Shown one piece after another: positions 1 through 12,000 of a stretch of 54,603 nt of DNA (position 1 is its first letter; every line of letters starts with the position of its first letter). The position numbers and the translations under genes were made by a program. The DNA comes from Candidatus Omnitrophota bacterium (lineage in GTDB: Bacteria; Omnitrophota; Gorgyraeia; Zapsychrales; Zapsychraceae), in contig JAKLDK010000003.1 of the NCBI GenBank assembly GCA_022703565.1, forward strand, positions 1 to 54,603, read 5' to 3'. The notes under the pieces were generated by a model that was not told where the DNA came from, ran no database searches, and saw only the letters and a program-made list of their open reading frames with translations.

Positions 1-3000
1 TATGACAAAAAAGAAATGTTAGAGTCAATTTCTTTTCATGAATATCTGGAAGTATTACGGGGTGAAGATCATTTGCAAGCCAATCGCGATACTAAAGCAA
101 TTGATGAGTTTTGCGATTCCTTAACAAAAGTTCAACAATTTATCTTTGAACTTGCTATTGAGGCAGTTTTTGAAGATACTCCAGAAATAGTTGTTGTCCC
201 TGAAAGCAATTTAGATTCATTCTTCCTTAACCTCTCGGCAAGACGGTCTTATGAATATAGTAGATATTCAAACAAAACCGAGAAAAGATCCACTCACGAA
301 CTCTTTCCGGGAGTTGAAATCTTAAGCCTGCATCCTTCGTGGAATTCTGATGATTTAACGGGAGAGGCTTATTGGTCAGAAGGTAATCAAGAAAATATGC
401 CAACGATTTATCCTTCTTCGGGTCAAAAGACAGTTGTAGATATGGAGGTAGCAAGAGAAAATGTTTTTGTTGTTTTCGAGATTGAGGAAATGGAACACCG
501 CAATGTTATATTTTTAAGGATTAAAAAAGAAGGCAAGCAGTATCTCGTAATTACCGACGAAGGTCGCTATGAGATAACCAGAAGTTCTACCGGATTGTTA
601 AATTGGATAGAACAGAATGGTTATGAAATTATAGAAGGGCACAATTATATCCTAGGTGGAAAGCACAATACTTTTGGGTGGCAGGGTATTGGAGAAGAGG
701 AAGCAATCATTATAGATGAAAGAGGACAGCTCAAGACGGCAAGAAAACCAAAAGAAGATGAAGCTGATAGTACTGATAACATAGAAGATGATGTTGATAA
801 TGATGATAATTCTCTAGACGCCGATAAAGACAAAGGAAATGATAATGTTGATCAAGATAATTTGAGAATTAAGAATTTGGGGATTACATTGTCGTTCCTT
901 CCTAACAGGTCAAATGTTTTTATCGGCCCAAGAGGATATGGATTTCATAATAACGGAAGATTTACTGTCCATTTCTGGGGTGAAGATAAAACAAAGGTTC
1001 AAGTGCCGGAAGAATATGCGAAAGACAAGAAGGAAGCTTTTGTAGGAATTACGGTAAGAGTTATCGAGAATCTTATTTACGAATATGGCCTGCAAGCTTC
1101 AGGGCGGATGATAACCGAAGAAGATTTTAACAGAATTTTAAAAGCTGTTTCTTCCAGCGCTTTATACGGGTATTTAGCTAAACGGTTTATTTATTATGAT
1201 CAGGAAGATTTAATAAACGAAATATTTTATGAACATGATAGGCAAAGGCAGCAAATCGATTGGAATGCTTATTGTGAGTTGTGGAAGAAAGTTTTGGCGG
1301 TATTTATTTCACCTGAAGTTATAAAAAATATTGAGGGGACAAGTAAATCAGCCTGGAAACCTGTAAATGAGATAAGAGGTTTATATTATGGATTTAGTTT
1401 GGCGGTGCGGATGCTTAGAAATTATGACCATTATTTTGCGGATTTCTTTACGTATTGGTTTAAGAGAATTAATAAATCAGGTGAGCTAAATAAAGTAGCG
1501 GCTAATTTTATTAAAGAAGCCAATTTTGCTTTTAATCCCGGGTATGGTTTTTACGACGGAATTGGCGACCATGATACGCATGCTTGTATACATTGGTATT
1601 TCCCGCAGTTCAGCAGATTTCCATTTATTTATTTGCAAAATAAAATTAGCCTTTTAAGAGTTGTGGGCGGATATGGACATAACCGGCACGAATTATGCAG
1701 TTATATATGCAGGGAAGGTTGGGAGCATTTAGTGGTATCAGAATTCTTTGTTGGCAAGAATGATAGAGGATATGGGCGTGAAATGGTTTTTGCTAGCGTT
1801 CAAAAATTGGTCGAGAAATATGGAATGGCGATTTTTACCAAGGTTGCTTTGCAGGCGGAAGAAGATACAGAGGAAGTATTTAAGTTTATTGGAGATAACA
1901 GCTACTTGTTTGAGGATGAAAATGATTTTTCTACTGAAATTGATAATTCAAAGATAAATTATATTACGGCTATTTTAAAAGCAGTTCGGGCTGATGACAA
2001 CAAAAGCCTTGACGGCATAATCAAATTATTAAAAAGTGAATATCTAGATTTGCTAATTGCAATGCTGGGAAAACGCGGTACTGAAACATTTTTCGCTTAT
2101 CTAGTGGAAAAACCAGAAAACAAGAAATTGTTGACTGAAATTGTTGATTTCTTGTTCGGTGAAGTAATAACAAGAGATTCGGCTTTAGCTTTAGGTGTGA
2201 TAAGAAATAAGACAAAAGATCAAGATTTGCGCAAAAGAATCGAGGATGATGCCGTAGCCCTGCTAAAGACAAAAGGATTAAAGACAGAAGCTTATATTTT
2301 ATCGGCAGATATAATCCGATTTATAGGTTTTGAACATAGTATAAGTCTTTGGCGAGACAACGCTAAAGCAGAGTCGGCAAATGAAGAAGAAACAAAGAGG
2401 TCTCTTTCTACTCTTTATCAATTGATTAACCTTAATGGTCTTGATTCCAACGCTTATTTAGCTCTTGCCCGGGCAATCGGACGATTTGGCGCTGTAGATT
2501 GGGAAGAGGGTTATGTTAATGCCAATACATTAGCTTGTGTTGAACGAGTTATTAAAATGCGGGGCTTGAATCCAATTGCATATATTGCCGCAATCGAGGC
2601 TGCTAAGGCAATTATTTCTACTAATCCACAGCTTGTCGGGACAAAAGAGATAAGGCTTATTATTGAGTATTTAAAGAGAGAAGAACTAAATTCCGGAATA
2701 TTGGCGGCAATAGTAGCTTTAATTGCAGAAATTAGAAAGCATAATTCAGTTCATTTTAATCAGATGTTAATCGATTTATTGGCTCAAGCGCTTATTCAAA
2801 AGAAGATTGTGGCCTGCGGGCAAGATGATGAAATCTTAAAAAGAAATTTTTTAGGTGATTATATTAATGGAGTATATAGCTCGTTTGTTAATGAAGTGAT
2901 AGAGAGCGATGAAACAGTTATTAAGGGAAATTTAGTTGTTATTTTAAATGTTATTGCTATGGCTAGAAATGATCTTTATGAAGCGATCTATAACAAATTA

Positions 3001-6000
3001 GAATTATTTTTAAGAAGTATGATGCCGGCTAATATTGTTTTATTGATGAGAGAAGAACAAGAATCCGGGATGATGATTAAGCTGATGGCAGATTTTTCCT
3101 CCAATAAAAAACTCGATGAGTATAAAGCAATACTAAATAATAGCGAAGAAATACAAAGCATAATTAATTTAATAGAAAATCTTAAGAAAGCTTTCATTTC
3201 TTCTCTGTCAATTAATATGTATGGGAGAATAACCGGCGGATGGGACGGCATCGAGAATATCCTGGGAATGGTAACAACTTATCCGTATGTTGTGTCATTC
3301 CTGATAAATAAAATCGTAATTACGATGCGTTTTATCAGCCAAGGCTTAGGGGAAGATACAGGATTTAGGGCGATGGCTAATGTCGAAGAGAGATTGCCGG
3401 GATTACGGGCCAAATTATTAGAAGTCTTAGACATTTATAGTTTGCCGCTCTTGCATAAAAGAAGATTAATAAAAGCACTTCCTTTGGGGACAAGAGACCA
3501 ATTAAATGACTTGAGAGAACAGGCAGTACAGCTTGTAACAGCTATTGTTGGAGGTGATTCCCGGGCGGGATTAGTGGGTGAAATCAGAGATAGAATCCAT
3601 AATAGGCCGTCTCCGCAAGATCTTATAATTTTAAAGCATTACAGGGAATTTGTTGAATCAGACGGAAAAGAACGTACTGGCTTGGAACGTTTGGGATATT
3701 CGATAGCCGAATCTGATGTGATTACTGATCAGTTTATAAAGCAGCGAATTCTGAGGTCTTGTGACCAGTTAATAGTAACTCTCGAGGAAGTTTATGGTGA
3801 AGGCAGTATTAATTCTATAACGCAAATATTTGAGGCTTGGAGCGGAAGCGTTAATCCTCCGGAATTATTATCCGAGAAGATACGGGATACTATTGAGAAT
3901 TGTAAGTTTGGGTTAGAAGAGCTGGAAAGTTTTATCGGCGCAAGATTAGCTTTAAATGAATATTTGATGAGCGAAACAGGAGAAAAAAGATATCAAAGCA
4001 TAAAGTTAGATAACAGGCTTGAGCTACTTTTCTATCGGACATTTAATGAGATTTTCTCGGACGAAGTAAGCATCTCAGCATATTCTTACTCGGACAAGAT
4101 TCGATTCTTAAGATTGCTATTAATGAATACTGCTGCTAACGGATATCAGACGCAAATGTTAAAAAGCATAGAAGGAGAATTGCAAACTTTAGAAAACGAA
4201 GCCAATCCTTTAAGGCTGTATTCAATATTAACCAGAATCGAACGAGTAATAAAAGAAGCTTCATCTGAATCAATTGACGATTACCAGGCATTTGCGGAAG
4301 GAATTGCAAAAGATACAAGAATAGAAGGCGATAATTATTTCTGGGTTGAAACATTCTCATCTAACATCTTCAGGTCGGATACGATTTATCTTTTATCCTT
4401 ATTCTTAAAGGAAATCAAAGAATGGGTTATGGAAGAAGCGAATGTGTCCGGTTGGCAAATTGTTGCCCCCGGTAAAATGGAAGGAAAGTTGCGGTATATA
4501 AAGAATGTAAATCAATTGAGCCGGGTAAAAGAAGATGAAATTATTGTAATTGAATCAATGCCGGATGTGCCTGTCGTTACAAATGTCGCCGGAATTATAA
4601 CTTTAAAAGAAGACACCCTTCTTAGCCATCCAGCAATAAGGGCCAGAAAAAATAGCATTCCATTCTTTGTTTGTTCTAATCTGGAAGTTTTAGAAAAGTA
4701 TTTTGGAAAATGTGTTTCAATTAGTTTAACCGAAGGGCAAATGCCAAAGATTCGAGTTGCGAAAGAACAAGTTGTCCAGCTAGAAAAGAAAAATGGAAAT
4801 GGTAATTCTGTCAAACTTCCGGAAGTTAACCTTGATTCCGTCCGGATATTGTTACCGGATGAATATGAAAAAGATACGGTAGGAAATAAAGCTTTCTTAC
4901 TTGAAGCATTAAACAAGTTGTTGCCGGAAAACATTTCTACCACAAAAAGTATTACGCTAAGTTTCGCTTTCTTTGAATATATATTGAGTCTTCCGCAGAA
5001 TGCGCAAGTTAAGAAAGAAATAAACGGTTTATTGCGGCAGGCAAGAATAAAAGGAGAGAAAAATCAAAGGAAGAAATTATTTAAGCTTAGAAAATTATTC
5101 TTAATGCTGGTTATTCCGGATGAAACTATTAAGGATATCAGCGATTCAATTATTGCCAATGTCGGAACAGGGCTTGTTTTCGTAAGATCGACAAGTAACG
5201 CGGAAGACTTAAAAGATTATGCCGGTGCCGGATTGTATGATTCGTTCCCGGCAATCGATCCGCAAGATTTAATTTCTTTAAGTTTCCATATTAAGCGTGT
5301 CTGGGCGTCGATTTGGACAGATAGGGCATTTTATGACAGAGAAGAAAATCATGTTGACCATAAAAAGGTGCGAATGGCTGTTTTGATTCAAGAAATGATT
5401 CCGTCGAGTTTTAGCTTTGTAGTTCATACTGAGAATCCGGCAAATGGAAGCGCTGATGAAATGATTATTGAAATAGTCCAGGGATTAGGCGAAGCTTTGG
5501 TAAGTGGAGCTGGTATTTACCAAGGCCTGGCACACCGGTATAGCTATAACAAGAAGACAAAAGAAATAAAGCGTCTAAGTTATGCTAATAAAAATAAGAG
5601 GCTAATTCTTGCCGGAGGTGATGTTATTAGAAAAGGAATAAATTATGCGGAAGATATTTTTACAATAAATGCTGAATTATCTGTGGGGATTGTAAGGGTT
5701 ATAGCCGAAGTCGCCCAAACAATTGAACAAAAATCTAATCAGGCCAGAGACATTGAAGGTTGCATTGTTCTTAAGGATATAAATAATCCGAGTGTATATT
5801 TTGTTCAGGATCGAGCGCAGCAAAAAGAGAATGGTAATGGCAACGGACAAATAGCCAATAATGCTAATGAAATAAGAAATGATGAATCTGATTCATCGGC
5901 TGAATCATATCCGGCGACACTCCCGGTAGATAATAAAAAAGAACGCAACGCATTGCCGCAAGAGAAATCCTTGATAGAGCAATCATTTGGCTTAAGCCAA

Positions 6001-9000
6001 GATGCTTTGGCGGAATTCAAGGTTATTACTGTTATTAATCCTAATCAAAGGATTGCGGTTCGAGTTGTTCGTAGGGATGTCAAGGCCTATTTATATGTTA
6101 ACCCGAATTTGCTACGCGCACCGCCGGAAGTATTAAGGGTTATTTTTGAAGGCCATGAATTATTCCACATCTTATATCCTAACGAATCCGAAGAACAAAT
6201 CCAAAAACGTACAATTAAGTTTCTAATTGATAATAATTTATTAGAAGGACATATCAAATATTTAAAACAAAATGATATTGGGCTGGTAGCACAACCGAAG
6301 TGGTTGGCTCTGCTTGAAGGCGAATACCGTGGCGGTAACCCTTTAACAATGGGAGAGGAAGATATTTCCGCCAGCCCAAGAAATTATGAGGAAAACTTGC
6401 AGGAAAGAATTTTGTCTAATTATTATTTGTCTTGGTCTTCACTTCTAATGTTTTTGACCGGTTTTATTGTTTTATTCTTTGGGCATGCAAATGAGGAACT
6501 TTTTCAAAAGAAAATATATTATGCGCCTGAAATTATAGTTAGTCATGCGACTAGTTTTGCCAGCAGTTTTGCCATCGCGTGGTTATTTAATTTATGTTTT
6601 ACGATAATGCTTCAGAAAGTGCATAAGTTCAAGACCAGTAAGCTTGTTGTGGCAAGTATTATTTCTGGATTAATAGGAGTTATATATACAACCTTACCTG
6701 AAACTATTATTCATTGGGGAGTACAGGACAAACAGGATATTTATGCTGGGATTTGTGGTGTAATTTTGTGGCTAATATTGAATGCTTTAAACGTGGTATT
6801 TGGAGTAAAGACGATAAAAAATAAAAATACGGAATTTGATTTTGGGCTGGAAGCTGAGTGTGAATCAGCTGGGATTGAAGGCGAGTACCGTGGCGGTAAC
6901 CCTTCAACAATGGGAGAGGAAGATATTTCCGCCAGCCCAATTATAAATTCAGACGATAATTTATTAGCTGAAAAACCAAAGGCTACGGAGGTAAAGAGTC
7001 CGACGGAAGGATTTAAAGCGCCATTGGATAATAAGTCTCCGGAAGAAATTGTTGCCGAACAGCGTCCTGTAGAAGATGAAGATATTGCTCAAGTTGATTT
7101 TGAATATTACACGAAAGTCGGGCTTCTGGCGATTAGTTTGTACAATAAAGAAATTGCCCTATCTGATGTTTCCGCTGATTTAAGAAAAGATGTCAAAACC
7201 CTTTGGGATTTGATGGAGGCTAACCGCAACAAGCATCCGGAATATGAAATGGAATATGGCCGGAACCGCGAACAGTCAGCGTTAATTTTGGGATATTATT
7301 TGATGAGTATGATTAAAGCCTTAGAAGTAGCCAAAAAGAATAAAAAAGTGCGAGTAGCTTTATCGGCGAGCTTGGGCTCGGGAAAAACTATTTCTGCCGG
7401 AGCTTTAGCCCGTTATATGTATGAGAAGTACAAAAGTGAGAATATATTAATGATAATGCCGAATGATAAAGTCGCCGATGCTTTTGGCAAGGACAGGTTT
7501 ATTTTTGGCGATGCTCCTCTAATTGAAATCGATGGTAGAAATGCGGATAAGCAAATGAGTCTGCCAGGGATTAAAATTGTTTCCTTTAGGGCGTTTCTGG
7601 AATTGGCGCGCTATCATCCGGAAATTGTGAAGAGCTCGTTCGGCATTATCGGCGAAATTGATTCTTTCTTGCGCGAGAACCCGCTTATTACCGGCCCGGC
7701 CCGCGACGGTGAGAAGGTTTTAGAGATTGCCGGAGAAGTCGCAAATAAGATTAGAAAAGGCGCGAGGCTTAAGACGTTGCCGGTTATTGAGCAGATGGCT
7801 TATGAGGTTGGACGGCGCAATGAAAGAATGCTCGTCCAAAGGGAAGCAATATTTGATTTGATTGACGGAATCATCGGCGATAACCGCGAAAACATTGTTT
7901 ATGATAGAAATCGTGGAGCGCAATTTAGGAAAGTAAGGCTGGATAGTGAGGCTTTATCTCCATACGAGAAATTCGAAATCGGAATAAGAGAATTAATCGC
8001 GGCCAAAATATTAATGCTGGAAAACGAAAAAGAGAATGAACGTATTGCCAATATCGTCTTGGATATTATTTGGAAAAGGTGGTCGCCGGAATTTGTTATC
8101 CAAAATGGTAAAAAGATTGCGCTATTATGCCGCAAGCAAAGCTATGTTCAGCCGGATACGATCCCCGGAGATTATATAACCGCTCAAATGCTCGTAATTG
8201 AAGCGGCCCGACGCATGAATAAACCGGTTGACCGGGCAGAATTTTTAAATGCCAGCCAGTTTAAGAGCGAAAATCCGACTCATGCGACCGATGCCTTAAG
8301 ATTGTTGAAAGGTATTGTATCCGACGGCGGTTCGGCCAAGTCGGAAAAGTTACAGTTAGCTCAATTGAATTTCCAGGTTAAAGAAATAGTCCCGGAAGAT
8401 GATTTAACAAAATTAGGCAAATTAGTCTTAGTTGAAGGTAAAAATACCGTTGAGATTTTGCAGGATGAATTGGCTTCAGATGATTTTAGGGCCGGTGGAT
8501 TGACTTTGGTTTCAGTAAGGCGGGCGCAATATGAAGAAATAATTAAAGGAATCACACCGGACGGATATTTTGTAGATGCTAATGGCAAAAGAAGAAGAAT
8601 AATCTTTGTCGGCGAGAAGGAACCGGGCAAGGTTAATAAAGAGCAATTGAAAATAGCGGAAGAACATATCTGTGATATCCAAAAAGATGGTTCAGCGGAA
8701 GAATTGGTTATAGTTTATTTAGGTTTATCGGCTGGGTCGAATATTGTTGAGAGGTTAAAAGATGCCAAAACACTTCCTTTAATAAATATTTTAAGAATTG
8801 GATCGATGGAACGGGCTGAGGTTAGCCAATTATTCGGCCGCGGCGACATTGCACTAATAAATAACGGCCGATTGAAGGTAAATTGCGCTAAGTCGGTTAT
8901 TGATATTGCAACCGATTCAAAGATTGCTTCGGCAGAAATAGAACGCGGCCGTGAGGCCTTGAATTTACCTGATGAAGATTCCATTTATGCTCAAAGAATT

Positions 9001-12000
9001 GTTTTTGAGGCGATTATGGACGGAATTCAAGCCTCGGCACAAATCGGAAAAGTCCTGCAAGTTTCCCGGCATTTAGGAAAAGAAGCAGAAGAACGATTGG
9101 AACAGGATATCCGTGATTATTTAAGAGAATTGGATGATGTTAGGGCCGTAAATGCTTTCGAGCTTGAGTTAGAAAAAGATGAAATAGATATTCCTCTTTA
9201 TTCCGGCGACGGAGTTAAAACTTATAAAAGAGAGTATCCCGACGGAAGGCTACAACCGGTATTTTTAAGCCAACGTGTCGACCAAGCTTTAGATTATAAA
9301 ACCAATGAAAGAACAACTACCGCGATTACAGCAAGGCTTATATACAAGCCTGAGCCGGAAGATCCAAATCAATTGACTTTTGTTAACGGTTATATTTTGT
9401 CGAATGTACAAATAGAAGACTTAAATTTAACCCAAGGCGATAATATTCAAGAACAAGGAATATTAATGCCGGTTTATGATAGTAAACAAGTTGGCCAGAT
9501 AAAGGCGGTATATTTTGAGGGTGAAATACACGCCGTGTTGGATGAAAAAATGTTTGTTAAGAAATTTGTTGATGAGTCTTTTGATACGAGCTTGTTTATC
9601 AGGCATCAGTGGTATTCAATAGAAGTTGACCGGTATAAGCCGGAAAATTTAGAACCCCGGCCGGCTGGTTATTTATTAGAAGGCCCGATGGAAGTATTTG
9701 TCCAGTTGGGAATTAAATTTAATGAAGATGATTTGGCTAGAAATGAATATGGCAAGTTGGTTGTCCGTAAACTTGTTTCGCTTGCCGAATATAAGTCTTT
9801 AGTTGAGTTTCCGTCGCAACGAGCCGAAGAGGGCATATTTAACGACGGTATTCTGGCTAACTTCCAGAATTACTTAAATGCTTCTATTATCGAAAAAGAT
9901 CAATGTGAACCAATAACTGATGAAGATATTCAGGAATTTACCCAGGCGATAGAGGGTATTAAAAGAAATTTAAGAAAAGTAATTCTAGGCAATAAAGCGA
10001 AGTTGATGGCCAGTTTAATCCGATTATTTAGCCACGAATATTTTGTCTTTACTACATTGGCTAAGTACAGAAAACTATTGGATGTGTTGGCTCCGATAGC
10101 TAAACTAAAAAGTCCGACGGATAGAGATAAAATGGATAAAGTATTAATCCGGGCTGTCAGATTGGCAATAGACGAAGGAATGAAGAAAGAGGATGTTGCT
10201 AAATTTTATTCTGATATGCAAAGGATTATCGATTTAGAGCCGGTTTTGTTAAGTGATGCGATTGAATTGGCATTAAAAGAATACGAACTATTTATTGAAT
10301 TAAATAACCGCCCGCAAATGCTAAAAGAATTGTCGCCTATTATTGAGGAAGGAGTTTTGAAAGATAGCAGTAAGCTGGAATTATTAATTAAAAACGCGAT
10401 TGATATTGTTACAAAAGAAGAAACTATTCTTAGGCGAGAGAACCAAGCGGCCTTACAAGAAGCTTATGAGCATGTTCTTAGGATTGAAAAGGTATTATTA
10501 GCCAAGCGGCCGAAAAAAGAAGAAGAATTGGCAAAATGGGTTGATGACTTGGAATCCATTCGTCAAACAAGAATGATTATTTCTGATATGAAGAATAAAG
10601 ACAATAGCCGGGTTAATTATTATTTCAATTCGTTAAGCAGCCGGGATATAAACCGCAAATTAGCAGAATTTATGAGTTATGTTATTGGAGAAAAGAATTT
10701 GGCACGTGCCAAAGGATTGTCAAAAGCGCAAAAATTGCATATCCAAAAAGCAATTGATTATTTTGACCGTCATAAGATTGCCCGAAACAAAGCGCTTTTA
10801 ATCAGAGTAATGCACGAATTGCGCGGAAGGTTTACGGCAGCCCACGGCGGAAGGTTCAAGAACCTGAAGAATTTCTTTGGCGGCCGCGATGTAAATATCT
10901 TTGATTTCTTAAGGCAAATTCTACAAGAAGAATTGGCTAAACGATTGCAAAATCGCCAAAGGATGTTCTTAAAATATACGATAATCCATGAGTCGCAAGG
11001 CTTAATTAAAATTGCCGCGCATGAAACACACGTCGAAGATTTAAAGAACTGGGAAAGCAACTTCAAGAGAGTTGAGAATAATGATGAAGGATTAGAAGCC
11101 GCAGTATTGACCGCGAGAGAAGCCTTGGCACATATTGCAATAGAGCCCAAAGATGAGTTTGGAATAAGCGATGATGATTTTATTAATCTTAATAGCGGGC
11201 TTGTGTATGGCGCAGAAGGTAATTACAAAGCAATATTTAGAGACGGGGTTTGGTCAAAGGTCGAGAATAACAGATTCCATTATGAATTGCCGCAGAAACA
11301 TGACGATATTGAAGTTATTGCTGACGGGAAAATTGATTCTGAAGGGCTGGTAACTGAAAGATTAACCGTCACAGGCTCAAGGGCGATATTGCAAAACGAA
11401 GAATCGTCAAAAGGAATTTTAAGAACGGATAATCATGCGGCAGTTTTAAAGGATATCGAGGTGATTAACTCTGCAAAGGATATTATCCGTGTAAGAAATG
11501 TTTACCGGGGAGATTTGAACAATATTTTAAGGCATTTAAAAGGTAGTGCAGCGGCGGATGAGCCGGAAATGATTGAAAATCTCGCGGATGAGACTGCCCG
11601 TAATTCTTTAGATGAATCAATGTTTGCATCTAACGGCCGTATTAAACCGGATTTAAAGGAAATTATTATCAATCAAGCCGAACGCAATATTGTTTCAATC
11701 CCTGACAGGAATATATTTGGAGAAATTACTCATTCTGTCCGTGAGGTTGTTTTGGTACCGATATTATCAGCTTGGGGTGGAGTTTATTCGACGATAAACA
11801 TTAATATTGTTCCATTTAATATTTTAAGAAACGATAAATCTGGATTGTTTAATGAAGAAGCCGGTAAAACAAAACACATAATTTCAGCCGAATTGGATAA
11901 ATTGTTATCCGGCATCAGTGATTATTTAAAGTATCTTTTTGATTTGTTAGCTAAGTTTATGAAATTGCTTTCTAACGCGATAGAGATGATGATTGAGGTT

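Noticed and set aside
4790-5840. The KNGNGN and ENGNGNG peptides flanking the nucleotide-binding domain, considered as a specific motif.
   Set aside because: They are short low-complexity linkers and are mentioned only as possible module boundaries. Evidence for anything more is insufficient.
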